From positions 1 to 44,033 of the IMG/VR virus record IMGVR_UViG_3300037851_000268: a stretch of 44,033 nucleotides of DNA; one strand, given 5' to 3'. Below the pieces are notes generated by a model, which saw only the letters and a program-made list of their open reading frames with translations, did no database searches and was not told the DNA's origin. Each line of letters opens with the position of its first letter. Positions within the stretch are counted from its first letter, which is position 1. The position numbers and the translations under genes were made by a program. The stretch is from a virus. Its lineage: Duplodnaviria > Caudoviricetes. Positions 9,038 to 17,631 of this stretch are shown here, one piece after another.

Positions 9038-9365
9038 CGGCCCTGTCTCCGGTATGCCGGCACCGTCTCTTGTGCTATCCACGCCTTCTCCCACGCATCG
9101 GGACCACCATCGGGCGCGGGGCCGCCTCGCACGCCACGAGCGCCCGCCGGATCTCAGCCTCCGCCGCCTGCAGCGTCACCCACAGCATCTCCGTGGACTC
9201 GGCGTCCCCGTACTCCAGCGCCAGCCGCACGAGGCGGAGTCCTGCGGCATGATGGAGCACGGCGCGGGTGGCGTCGTCAGTCATGTCCGGCGCGGCTGGA
9301 CGTGGCATCCAGTGCGGTCGAGGGCACACTGACGTGCCTCCTGCACGATGTCGGTCATCGGCCCT
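9006..9365. repeat. 39-bp direct repeat (9006-9044 and 9327-9365)
   Basis: CACTGACGTGCCTCCTGCACGATGTCGGTCATCGGCCCT is exact in both copies. Confidence 0.92.
9075..9284 (-). CDS. Hypothetical protein (MTDDATRAVL...)
   Basis: 69-aa ORF enclosed by the 39-bp repeats. Confidence 0.55.
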   Translation of the reverse strand: MTDDATRAVLHHAAGLRLVRLALEYGDAESTEMLWVTLQAAEAEIRRALVACEAAPRPMVVPMRGRRRG

Positions 9366-9819
9366 CCCGTGGCCTCACAGATGTGCTCAACCGCGCCGAA
9401 TGGTAGCGACCCCTAGCAGTCGCAACGCCAGAACAGTGCCTCGTGCAGAAACGAGAGCTTCGACGGTTCGGCTGATATAGCTGCCCACATGTCACGCACA
9501 CTCTGGGCGGCATCCGATGCGTGGCCTTGTGGCACGGCACACAGAGCACCCGGAGATTCTCCGACGCGTTGTTATATGGATCGCCGTCTCTGTGATGCAC
9601 CTCCAAGCGTAGGCGCGTGCCACACTGGTCGCAACACTCAGGGCTAGCGAGTAACCTAGCCCGACCGCGAGCGGCCTGCGGAGTAGCGTCGTCACCCTTA
9701 GCGTTGACACGACAGGCACGCATCAGCGTGAGTGAGCACTCGGAACTACACGTTTTCCGCGCCTTAGTGCCCACCTCACCCTTGAACGGTGCGCCACAGA
9801 TGACGCATGTCCGGATCAT
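9355..9819 (-). CDS. HNH endonuclease with flanking zinc fingers
   Basis: CDQCG...[30 protein letters not shown], plus CxxCG...CSxxC fingers on both sides. Confidence 0.88.
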   Translation of the reverse strand: MIRTCVICGAPFKGEVGTKARKTCSSECSLTLMRACRVNAKGDDATPQAARGRARLLASPECCDQCGTRLRLEVHHRDGDPYNNASENLRVLCVPCHKATHRMPPRVCVTCGQLYQPNRRSSRFCTRHCSGVATARGRYHSARLSTSVRPREGR

Positions 9820-10208
9820 GGACTCTTCCTTGTGCGGTAGTGAGGTAGAGACTTCTCATATAGATAGCCGCGCTGGACGAGCCACCCGAAAAGCGCGTCA
9901 TAGGGGCCAACCAGATGGTCAACGACACTAGGGCTGCCCAAATCACGCACAAGGTCCCGGAACCTAGTCTGCTCTGGACGTAAGCGCCGCTCCTCACCTT
10001 GGCGCTTCACCTCCCAAAGTAGAAGGCAGTGCCCCGGCGCGGTCGGAAGAAAGGCCATCACATCCACAAGTCCAGGCGTCCGCATCGCCCCCTGGTAATC
10101 GCCCTTGCGGCGCGGGATGCCCGTCACCCACACGTCCGCGCCCAGCGTGCGCAGTAGTTGCACGCCATGCTGCTGCTCGACCTTTTCCAGCGGAGGTTTT
10201 GGTTTCAT
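9816..10208 (-). CDS. VRR-NUC (PD-(D/E)xK) nuclease/resolvase
   Basis: E..Q...TPGLVD...LLWEVKR...RLRPEQ..F motif; own ATG with GGAG upstream. Confidence 0.75.
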   Translation of the reverse strand: MKPKPPLEKVEQQHGVQLLRTLGADVWVTGIPRRKGDYQGAMRTPGLVDVMAFLPTAPGHCLLLWEVKRQGEERRLRPEQTRFRDLVRDLGSPSVVDHLVGPYDALFGWLVQRGYLYEKSLPHYRTRKSP

Positions 10209-10505
10209 CGTCGGCGCTCCAACTCCAGCACGCGCAAGTTGTTCTTGCGAACCGGCGTCGGCCATTCGCGTCTCGCCATAACACGTCCGCACATCGTCAT
10301 ACCTCGGCACGTCAGGCCAGTGCTTCGCCAGTACGGCGCAGCAGAACGGCTCACACTCCACCTGCCAGCGCACCTCGAAACCCGCCCACTCGAAGCCCAA
10401 CTCCAGTCCACCGATGCCGGAGAAGAGTGAGCCGACCGTGAGCCTACGCGGCACACACGCCTCTGTGGCGCTCCGCGTAGGAGTCAGCCGGTAGTCAGTC
10501 GTCAT
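10209..10505 (-). pseudogene. Truncated C5-cytosine DNA methyltransferase N-terminus, in frame with VRR-NUC
   Basis: Motifs I-III ([17 protein letters not shown]...E...LAKHWP...DDV) present; catalytic PC and downstream motifs absent. Confidence 0.75.
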
Positions 10506-11617
10506 GTATCCCACGTCTCCGCGATGCGCGCCGCCGCAGCGGTATCCGCTACCCACGCCGTGCGCTCGGCGCGTGACACATCCTCCAGATAGCGTTGCGT
10601 CAGCCGGAGCCGCGCATCACGCGACGGCAGCACGATCCGCACCGCGTATCCACTCCACTGGAACGTCCGCGTGCCTCGGTAGTGGTAGGGCACCTGCGCG
10701 CCCGACGTCCGCGTGTACGCGCGCACCGCGTGGAAGATCCGCTTCCGCTGGCCCGTGGGCGTCGTCTCGATCAGGTCGCGGTTGCGGAAGAAGTAGACGC
10801 ACCGCTTCAGGTCGATCCCGAACGCCGCGACCATCCCCGCCTTGCGCGCGCGAATCACGATCCGGTCAAGCGTCTCGCAGTAAGTGCTCGCCGCCATCAG
10901 CAGGATGTTGGGCGCCCACTGCGGCGGTTTGTCAGCCAGCCAGTCTGGATACCGCCAGGCGTAAGTGCGCCGTCGGATCGGCTCCGGTCGGCGATGACCG
11001 CGTCGCCCACTCGGATAGATCGTCGAGGTCTGAACCTCCAGCGACTTGAGCACCACGGGACCGTCAGGTCCATCGAGTCCGATGTGGCACCGCACGGGCT
11101 GCGTGAGTCCGCGAGGCGCGTAGCCGCGCGCGGCGTTGAAGCGCCAGTCGTAGATCAGCGTCAACTCGTAGACGCGCCCCGCCCACCGCTGCACACACCG
11201 AGGATTGATGAGTCGCCTAAAGTAGACGAACGACGGGTAGACCTCCTCGTCCGACGGCTGGCTTGGGAAGAGCACGCCCCCCACCGTCACCGATGGGTCG
11301 ATGCGTGGGGGCGCCGCCGCTGGCGACCAGAAGGCATCCGCTGCGATGGCGAACCCGACCCGGCCGAACAGCGCATAGGCTTGCGGGTCATAGCGACGCA
11401 GCCGGCGCAAGCACACGAAGTACTCGTCGAGGCGGTCAAGGATGGCGGCGCGAAAGTGCCACCGCGTGCTCCCCTCGGCGTTCCCGTGTCGCCGGCTCTC
11501 CGTCGCCTCCTCCGCGTCCCAGTGTTCCGCAGTGTCCCGCGAGTGTCCCGTGGGACGCTGGGCCGGCCAGATCCACAACACGAGGCGGGCGACGTGACGA
11601 CGGAACCAGGCAATCAT
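10502..11617 (-). CDS. Hypothetical phage protein
   Basis: 371-aa ORF coupled on both sides; basic C-terminal [12 protein letters not shown]...HYRG motif. Confidence 0.7.
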   Translation of the reverse strand: MIAWFRRHVARLVLWIWPAQRPTGHSRDTAEHWDAEEATESRRHGNAEGSTRWHFRAAILDRLDEYFVCLRRLRRYDPQAYALFGRVGFAIAADAFWSPAAAPPRIDPSVTVGGVLFPSQPSDEEVYPSFVYFRRLINPRCVQRWAGRVYELTLIYDWRFNAARGYAPRGLTQPVRCHIGLDGPDGPVVLKSLEVQTSTIYPSGRRGHRRPEPIRRRTYAWRYPDWLADKPPQWAPNILLMAASTYCETLDRIVIRARKAGMVAAFGIDLKRCVYFFRNRDLIETTPTGQRKRIFHAVRAYTRTSGAQVPYHYRGTRTFQWSGYAVRIVLPSRDARLRLTQRYLEDVSRAERTAWVADTAAAARIAETWDT

Positions 11618-11967
11618 GCGCGGCCCCCTGAAGAGGCGAGACGCTCCCACACGCGCACGGGGCGTGCGTGGCAGGCCACCCGCGTAGACGGTCGATACTG
11701 CGCCGTTGGGCGGATCAGCCCGAGGCGCGAGGCGTGACGAAGCAACGCGCCCATCGCACGCGGCTCGTGCGTCGTCACGGTGAGAGGGAGCGAGTGCCAG
11801 ACGAGGTCACTCGTGAACAGGTCACCGTGGTCGAGCGCGCGGACGACAGCGAGGGCCTCCTCGAACCACGGCTCGTGGGCGTGCTCCCGCACCTGCTCCA
11901 ACGCCGACTCGCGCGCCTGCTGCGGCGTCTCGTGCGCGCGCCTCATCAGGTCGAACAATGTGGTCAT
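11614..11967 (-). CDS. Putative winged-helix phage protein
   Basis: FTSD.VW...HEPRAMGALL..A...GLI...S...HARPVRVW pattern; GGAG RBS. Confidence 0.65.
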   Translation of the reverse strand: MTTLFDLMRRAHETPQQARESALEQVREHAHEPWFEEALAVVRALDHGDLFTSDLVWHSLPLTVTTHEPRAMGALLRHASRLGLIRPTAQYRPSTRVACHARPVRVWERLASSGGRA

Positions 11968-12485
11968 CGGTGACTCCCGGGTGGTTGGCGCCAGATATCC
12001 TCGTCCCCGAGTTGATAGGCGGGGTTGCGGCGGCGCGCGCGCACCCACGCCTCAGCCCTCGCGAGTGCCTCCTCGATGGGTCCGGCCGGCTCGAGCTCCG
12101 GCGGAAGGGCGGGCAGGCGGCCCGACCCGCGAGGGCGTCCGACTGGCTGTGAGGGCGTGCGCCGTGGACGCCCGTTGCGGTCGGATGCGGGCACACGCTG
12201 CAAGCGGGTCCTCACAAGCGTGCTGGCCCTCGCCGCCGCCTCACGGCACGCGAGGCCGCAGAAGGTGCGCAGCGACTCCTGCAAGGAGGGCGAGACGAGG
12301 GCCTGGCACCAGACGCACAGCACGGGTCGCCCGAGCAGCATCTGCTGTCGGGCGTGCGCGCGCCGGAGGGTGAGCCGGTCGCGGAGACGCACGACGCACG
12401 CCGTGTGGTAACACGCCTGGGGTGCCAGGCCCTCCTCTTCGAGCCACTCGCCGCACAGGCCGCACTGCTTCCGGGGACTCCTCAT
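11964..12485 (-). CDS. Zinc-finger hypothetical protein
   Basis: CGLC, CVWC, FCGLAC motifs; coupled to the initiator gene. Confidence 0.6.
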   Translation of the reverse strand: MRSPRKQCGLCGEWLEEEGLAPQACYHTACVVRLRDRLTLRRAHARQQMLLGRPVLCVWCQALVSPSLQESLRTFCGLACREAAARASTLVRTRLQRVPASDRNGRPRRTPSQPVGRPRGSGRLPALPPELEPAGPIEEALARAEAWVRARRRNPAYQLGDEDIWRQPPGSHR

Positions 12486-13345
12486 GCGCTGGCCCTCCGC
12501 TCGGCGATCAGTGCGTCCACACACTCAGCCTCAGTGCGGCATTTCGGGTCGTGCGGGCAGCGTCCGAGCGCTTTACGCCGGAACTCCCGCATCTCCTGCC
12601 GCTCGCGCTCGCTCGGCACGGCGCGCAGCGACGACTGCGACGCCTTCAACGCGCCCGTGCTCTCTAAGTGCTCGACCATCCGCGCCCGCAGCCACGCCAG
12701 CGGGTTCAGCACCTGCTCACCGTCGGCCACGAGCTTCGCGTCGAGTTGGGAGAAGACCTCGAACCAGTCCACGGTGTCAGCGGCGGGTAGGAGAGGCTGC
12801 ACGAGGGTGTCGAACATCTTGGGACTGACCGTGAGGCGTTGCCCCCGAAACGACGACCTCGCGCGCGGTGTGTGTGTTGTTCCTGTTCCTGTTCCTGTTC
12901 CTGTTCCTGCTCTTGTTATCGAACACCTATCCGATACCGTATCCGATACCCCAGCGATACCGTATCGAGAGAGGGTCTGAAGGCACCGATCGAGCAGTGG
13001 CCCTGAGGGCACCGCGAACCGGTCCTTCAGCGCGCCCTGCGCCGCCTTCGGATTCGGCGGCGGGTTCCACGCCCACCAGGACGGGATGAGCAGCACGCGT
13101 GTGTCCTGGTCCCACTCCCACTCGAAGACCTTGCACGCCTCGGTAAGCCGCGCGACGACCTGCTCTGGAGTCACGCGCAGGTCTTCCGCCGCGAGCGCCG
13201 GGCTGAACACGAAGCATCCGAGGCGGTTGGTTTGCGGGCCGGTCAACGCATAGAGCGCGAGCACCTTCGCGCCGGCTGAGAGTTTCGCGAACCCGGTGTG
13301 TCGCCAGATCCGCACGAACACCTTGCGGTAGACCGCGTCCGACAT
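12482..13345 (-). CDS. Phage replication initiator (replisome-organiser type)
   Basis: N-terminal YR.V...W...LS...K.L.LY.LT.P..N..G...A.DL...D......IP.W..N...NP pattern; internal iterons and GTGTGT linker. Confidence 0.8.
   Translation of the reverse strand: MSDAVYRKVFVRIWRHTGFAKLSAGAKVLALYALTGPQTNRLGCFVFSPALAAEDLRVTPEQVVARLTEACKVFEWEWDQDTRVLLIPSWWAWNPPPNPKAAQGALKDRFAVPSGPLLDRCLQTLSRYGIAGVSDTVSDRCSITRAGTGTGTGTGTTHTPRARSSFRGQRLTVSPKMFDTLVQPLLPAADTVDWFEVFSQLDAKLVADGEQVLNPLAWLRARMVEHLESTGALKASQSSLRAVPSERERQEMREFRRKALGRCPHDPKCRTEAECVDALIAERRASA
12821..12983 (-). other. Putative replication origin inside the initiator gene (dyad iterons CGATAC-G-GTATCG, (GGAACA)n, (CA)n)
   Basis: Repeated GATACGGTATCG units in the initiator linker, as in lambda O. 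Confidence 0.7.
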
Positions 13346-13346
13346 C

Positions 13347-13514
13347 TCACTTGCCGCCTTTCGGCTTGTCGAGTGCGAAACGCACGAGGGCGTCGAGGGC
13401 GCGCAGGTCAGTCTTGGTCAGCACGGGCGGCACGCCTGCGAGGGCACGCGCGTGGAGTTTGCGGAGGCGCGCCGCCGCCTCGTAGGGACGACGGCGGCCG
13501 TGGTGAGTGGGCAT
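13347..13514 (-). CDS. Small hypothetical protein (MPTHHGRRRPYEAAARLRKLH...)
   Basis: 55-aa ORF, GAGG RBS, ends just before the initiator start. Confidence 0.45.
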   Translation of the reverse strand: MPTHHGRRRPYEAAARLRKLHARALAGVPPVLTKTDLRALDALVRFALDKPKGGK

Positions 13515-13583
13515 GAGCGACGACCTCTAAATGGGGACCGTGGGCGGCGGCGGATGCGCCACGGACCAGTGGTGCGCGCGAAC

Positions 13584-14495
13584 TCAGCCAGTGACTTTAC
13601 GACCCGACAATGGATGCAAGTTTGTTCCATTCTGAGCGTCTATCCCATGAACATTAGGGTAAGGCTCATAAAGGAACGGAATGTCGTCGAGCGGGATGTC
13701 GCTGGTCGGCGGCAACGACGCGGCCTTCGGCGTGCCGCGCGGAGCCGGCGCGGCCGGCGGCAGCGGCGTGTCGATCACGGGGCCGATGTCGTCCACGTTG
13801 TCGTAGACCCTCCCGTCCTTCGACGCCTTCGCGACGATGCGGAGGGCGCAGCGGTCCTTGGAGTTCATCAGCGCGCGGACCTTCTCGATGTTCAACTCGG
13901 ACCAGAACCCGGCGACGTGCTCGATGCCGGCGTCATCCGCGAGCACGACCTTGTACGGCTTGGTGTCGGCCACCAGGTCCACGACGGTGCCGACCACCGT
14001 CCGCTTCGATCCGACCGGGTGCTCGGACAGAGTCGAGAGCCGATGCTTCGGCGCGCCGCTCGGGCGCGAGGCCGGCGTCGCGTCGGCCTGGTGCGACACC
14101 GCGTCGTCGTCCTCGTCGGCGGCGATGCCCGCGAAACTCGCGAGCGCGTAGCGCCGCAGATAGGTGATGGCGGTGCCCACCGACTGCGGGCGCGCGTCGC
14201 CGACCGCGCACGCGAGGTCGTCCTCGACCCACTGCCCACTGGCGTGCAGGATGCGAGTGGTGACGACAAGATTCCCGTCGCCACGCAGCGACGGTGCCTG
14301 CACGATGGACAGGCCGTGCGCCGCGAACACCGGGCGCACGACGTCGAGGAGCGCCGGCAAGGAGAGGTAGCCGTAGCTGTAACTCCCCTTCGCGGAGGTG
14401 ACGTGCGCCTCCGCATCCTTCGTGGGATTCGTGAGCGCACCCTGCGCCGCTGCGAGCGCCGGGGCGATCTGGTCGAGCTCAGGCGAAGTCGTCAT
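13584..14495 (-). CDS. erf: ERF-family ssDNA annealing recombinase
   Basis: IAPALAAAQ...KD....YGYLSL...V.P.....GL...RILHASGQW...PQSVGTAITYLRRYAL....GIAADEDDD; near-terminal DDIPF. Confidence 0.9.
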   Translation of the reverse strand: MTTSPELDQIAPALAAAQGALTNPTKDAEAHVTSAKGSYSYGYLSLPALLDVVRPVFAAHGLSIVQAPSLRGDGNLVVTTRILHASGQWVEDDLACAVGDARPQSVGTAITYLRRYALASFAGIAADEDDDAVSHQADATPASRPSGAPKHRLSTLSEHPVGSKRTVVGTVVDLVADTKPYKVVLADDAGIEHVAGFWSELNIEKVRALMNSKDRCALRIVAKASKDGRVYDNVDDIGPVIDTPLPPAAPAPRGTPKAASLPPTSDIPLDDIPFLYEPYPNVHGIDAQNGTNLHPLSGRKVTG

Positions 14496-15359
14496 CGGTC
14501 CTCCAGTGTGGTGTCGTCGGCTCCGGTCGCGAGGGCACCGAGCAGGGCTCGTGGTGGAGCCCATGATGCCGATGCGGTGAGAATTACGGCCTGGTATAGG
14601 TGTAGAGCACACCATGCACGTCAGCCACGAGCCCGTAGCCGCGCCGCCATACCTCCCAGCGCGCCTCGACGTGTGCTGTGTGTTTGGGCTTGTTGCTGTA
14701 GGACAAATCTGAGACGCACGCGAGACGCGAGCGGAGCGCAGCGTCCCACGCAGCGGCCCGCGCAACGGCCCCCGCCGCGGCCCCCGCAGCGTCCCACGCA
14801 GCGTCCCGCGCAGCGGCCCACGCAGCGGCCCCCGCAACGGCTCCCGCCGCGGCCCGCGCCGCGGCCCGCGCAGCGGTCCGCCTCTCGTAATGTTTCCACG
14901 CTTGGTCGGGTGGCCCTTGCGGCGCGAACCACAGCACATCACCGATCTCGCTGATGACGCGCTCAACGTCGCGCACCCACTGCGGCTTTCGCGCCGACGA
15001 GACGACACGCAATGAGGCTACCCGATACTTCGTCGCGTCCTGGCCCAGAATCGGGCCATCGCTTTCGACGCGCCACAGGGCGCCCGGAAACCCGCCGTAT
15101 CCGATAGCGTCCTTCGCGGCCACAGAGAAGTGCAGACCTACGCCGCACGAAGCGCCGTCATTGGGCGCTCCAATCACTCTGAGCGTGGCACCCGTCGTGT
15201 AGCCAACGGACGGATCGTGCCAGCTCGTGCCGTCCGGGCGCGTCCACTTGTAGCCACGAATCATGACGCGACCTCCTGTGCCGCGTTCGTGCGAAGTCGT
15301 CATCGGTCCTCCAGTGTGGTGTCGTCGTCGGCTCCGGTCGCGAGGGCACCGAGCAGGGC
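14483..15359. repeat. 66/69-bp direct repeat (14483-14548 and 15291-15359)
   Basis: Identical except one extra GTC; spans the upstream gene end, RBS and MTTS start of ERF. Confidence 0.92.
14584..15264 (-). CDS. Accessory protein with CGxGLH domain and Ala-rich AAWDAA tetrapeptide repeats
   Basis: GYK...Y..G...SCGVGLHF...KYRV..LRV; 12-bp tandem units about 14738-14880; AGGAGG RBS. Confidence 0.75.
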   Translation of the reverse strand: MIRGYKWTRPDGTSWHDPSVGYTTGATLRVIGAPNDGASCGVGLHFSVAAKDAIGYGGFPGALWRVESDGPILGQDATKYRVASLRVVSSARKPQWVRDVERVISEIGDVLWFAPQGPPDQAWKHYERRTAARAAARAAAGAVAGAAAWAAARDAAWDAAGAAAGAVARAAAWDAALRSRLACVSDLSYSNKPKHTAHVEARWEVWRRGYGLVADVHGVLYTYTRP

Positions 15360-15764
15360 GGCGCGGTCGGCCGGCTCGACGCCTCGCAGGGCGAGATGAT
15401 ACGCGGAGGTCACGGTGATCGCACGCGCGACCCACACGTCCTGCTCACGACGTGTCAGGGCGTCCCAGGCGCGCGGCCGCTCGAAGGCCCGGTGCCACCC
15501 GTGCCCGAGGTGCTCCGTGTGCGGCCGGCCACCAGCGGCGACCGTGTCCTCGTAGAGCCGGCGGGCGGCGTCGCGGTGCGCGGCCTGGCGGCGCGCCGGG
15601 TCCGTCGCGCGCACGGTCTGCTCGGCCAGGTCGAGCAGGCGACGGCGGTGCTCCTCGTGCGCGACGCCGAGCGTGCCGTCCCGCTGGATGACGTGCGCCT
15701 GCAAGAGCGCGGCGATGCGTCCCGCGAGCACCGAGTCCACGAGCGCGAGTGTGTGGGCACTCAT
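15300..15764 (-). CDS. Hypothetical protein
   Basis: Coupled ORF; W..LT.REQ..W motif. Confidence 0.6.
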   Translation of the reverse strand: MSAHTLALVDSVLAGRIAALLQAHVIQRDGTLGVAHEEHRRRLLDLAEQTVRATDPARRQAAHRDAARRLYEDTVAAGGRPHTEHLGHGWHRAFERPRAWDALTRREQDVWVARAITVTSAYHLALRGVEPADRAALLGALATGADDDTTLEDR

Positions 15765-16177
15765 GCGCGCGCCTCGTCGGCGAGCCGGGCGGCGCGCCGC
15801 GCGCCCCACTGGTGCTCGTGCAGGAGGGCGAGCAGCACCCCCTCAGCCTCACGCAGGCCCGCCCACTCGCCGAACGGGCAGACCTCCTCGCGGTGCTGCC
15901 GCACCTGGTCGAGCGCGTCTACGAGCGCGCGCACGGCGGGGTCGGGGTCGCCCGCGAACTGCGCGAAGCAGTCGGTGTCGTGCCCGAGGGTGCTGGGCCA
16001 CGCGCACTCGGCGCACCGGGGCGCGTCGTAGCAGTCCTCGCACTCGCGCTCGACGCCGTCGAGGTCGGCGTAGCACCCGCCGGCTCCGTAGCCGGCCGAG
16101 ATGATGCGCGCCCGGCAGGGCACAACGCCCGTGCAGCCGCGCGAGGCGTGACGGCAGGGGTGGTGATGATGAGCCAT
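15761..16177 (-). CDS. Cys-rich hypothetical protein
   Basis: GGAGG RBS, several CxxC. Confidence 0.6.
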   Translation of the reverse strand: MAHHHHPCRHASRGCTGVVPCRARIISAGYGAGGCYADLDGVERECEDCYDAPRCAECAWPSTLGHDTDCFAQFAGDPDPAVRALVDALDQVRQHREEVCPFGEWAGLREAEGVLLALLHEHQWGARRAARLADEARA

Positions 16178-16207
16178 GGTGGTCGGGCCTCCAGTCCCTT
16201 CCGGCGG

Positions 16208-16450
16208 TTACCAGTGCAGGCGGTCGATTCGACGGAGGAGCGTGTCTCCGTCGCGGATGTCGTGGCGCTCGCGCCACTCGCGGTAGAGCACGCGCGCCCG
16301 GCGCGGCCCGAGGGTCCACGGGGACTCGGCGACCGGCACCTGCCGGCGTCGCCGTTCGGCGCGCGCCTCGTGGCGCTCCACCAGGTAGCCGGCGACGGCG
16401 AGCGCGAGCGCGCCCGCGACGACGACGGCGACCGCTTCGACGAGGTCCAT
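16208..16450 (-). CDS. Small protein with N-terminal TM helix (MDLVEAVAVVVAGALALAVAGYL...)
   Basis: GGAGG RBS; ATG overlaps upstream stop. Confidence 0.6.
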   Translation of the reverse strand: MDLVEAVAVVVAGALALAVAGYLVERHEARAERRRRQVPVAESPWTLGPRRARVLYREWRERHDIRDGDTLLRRIDRLHW

Positions 16451-16632
16451 CAGCGGCCTCCCCTCTGTCGCAGCCACTGCGCGAGGTCGCGCGCTGACCA
16501 GCGGGGGCGTCCCGGCCACTGCGGCAGCTCCGGCGGCGCGGTGCCGGCGGCGCGCCAGCGTCCGAGCGTGCGGACGCTGACCCCGAGGCGGCGGGCGACT
16601 TGGACACGGTCCAACGTCTTCAGTTTCCTCAT
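16450..16632 (-). CDS. Xis/AlpA/Cro-like HTH DNA-binding protein
   Basis: LDRVQVARRLGVSVRTLGRWRAAG..P.....GRPRW...DL..WL. Confidence 0.8.
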   Translation of the reverse strand: MRKLKTLDRVQVARRLGVSVRTLGRWRAAGTAPPELPQWPGRPRWSARDLAQWLRQRGGR

Positions 16633-16640
16633 GCCGCAGG

Positions 16641-16670
16641 ATAGTAGCATGGGACATAATGGGTCGTCAA
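16641..16670 (-). promoter_or_regulatory. Leftward early promoter, probably leaderless
   Basis: TTGACG-18 bp-TACTAT with TG extension; ATG 8 nt downstream; no SD. Confidence 0.7.
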
Positions 16671-16703
16671 GCGTCACGGGTTCAGGCCGGGTTTCCTCCC
16701 CAC

Positions 16704-16732
16704 TTGACAGACAACCCACCGTTTGGTAGACT
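16704..16732 (+). promoter_or_regulatory. Sigma70 promoter P2
   Basis: TTGACA-17 bp-TAGACT followed by GGAGG RBS. Confidence 0.8.
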
Positions 16733-16752
16733 GCTCCTCGGAGGACACGAGC

Positions 16753-17577
16753 ATGGCTGACCTCTTTCTCCGTTCCGGGTCGGGCTACGACGGGCCGGTG
16801 ACGCGCAACGAGCGCGGCCGGCTCGGCGTCGTGCGCGAGCGCCGCTGCGGACGCTGCGGCGGGGCCGGGCGGTCCGCGAAGTGGGCACACTCCGGCTGGA
16901 CCTGCTACGACTGCGGCGGGTCGGGGCACCGCGAGAAGGAGTGGGTGCCCCTCTACACGTCCGAGCAGTTGGCGAAGCTCGCAGCGGCGACGGCTAAGCG
17001 CGCCGAGACGGCCGCCGCGAAGCGCGCCGCCGCGCAGGCCGCGAAAGACGCGGAAGTCGCCGCTAGGCGCGCCGCGTTCGAGACCGCGCACGCCGACTTG
17101 CTGGCGCGTGCGCGCGCCGTGCGCTACTCCGGCGCGTCGCCCATCCTCGGCGACCTGCTCGACCGCGCCACCGAGAAGGCGGTCCTGAGCGATGCACAGG
17201 TCGCGTTCCTCGCGCGTCTCACCGACGAGGCCGAGGCGCATATCGCCGCCGCGCGCGCCAGCGAGCACGTCGGCACCGTCGGCGCGCGCCTCGACCTCAC
17301 GCTGACCGTGGACCGCGTCGCGAGCTTCGACCGCGAGCCGTTCCACAGCTACGGCCACAGCTACCCGGTCACCGTCTACGTGACGACTCTGCACGACGAG
17401 GCCGGTCACGTCTTCGTGGTCAAGACGCCCCGCTGGAGCGGCACGCCGGGCGCGACCGTGCGCCTGCGCGCGACCGTCGCCGCGCACGACTACTACCGGT
17501 CGATCCGACAGACTCGCTTGGAGCGTGTCACCGAAAGGACCGACAAGGGCCACTCCGACCCAGTGTTTCCGGCCTGA
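16753..17577 (+). CDS. DnaJ-type zinc finger + coiled coil + OB-fold-like protein
   Basis: CGRCGGAG/CYDCGGSG; C-terminal HVGTVG.R...D..G...V.KT...G..V.LRATV..H..Y....QT.L.R. Confidence 0.8.
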   Translation: MADLFLRSGSGYDGPVTRNERGRLGVVRERRCGRCGGAGRSAKWAHSGWTCYDCGGSGHREKEWVPLYTSEQLAKLAAATAKRAETAAAKRAAAQAAKDAEVAARRAAFETAHADLLARARAVRYSGASPILGDLLDRATEKAVLSDAQVAFLARLTDEAEAHIAAARASEHVGTVGARLDLTLTVDRVASFDREPFHSYGHSYPVTVYVTTLHDEAGHVFVVKTPRWSGTPGATVRLRATVAAHDYYRSIRQTRLERVTERTDKGHSDPVFPA

Positions 17578-17588
17578 ATTCGGCCGGG

Positions 17589-17617
17589 TTGACAGTTAAC
17601 CCACCGCTTGGTAGACT
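17589..17617 (+). promoter_or_regulatory. Sigma70 promoter P3 (near copy of P2)
   Basis: TTGACA-17 bp-TAGACT, spacer almost identical to P2. Confidence 0.8.
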
Positions 17618-17631
17618 TCCGAGTGGAGGAC

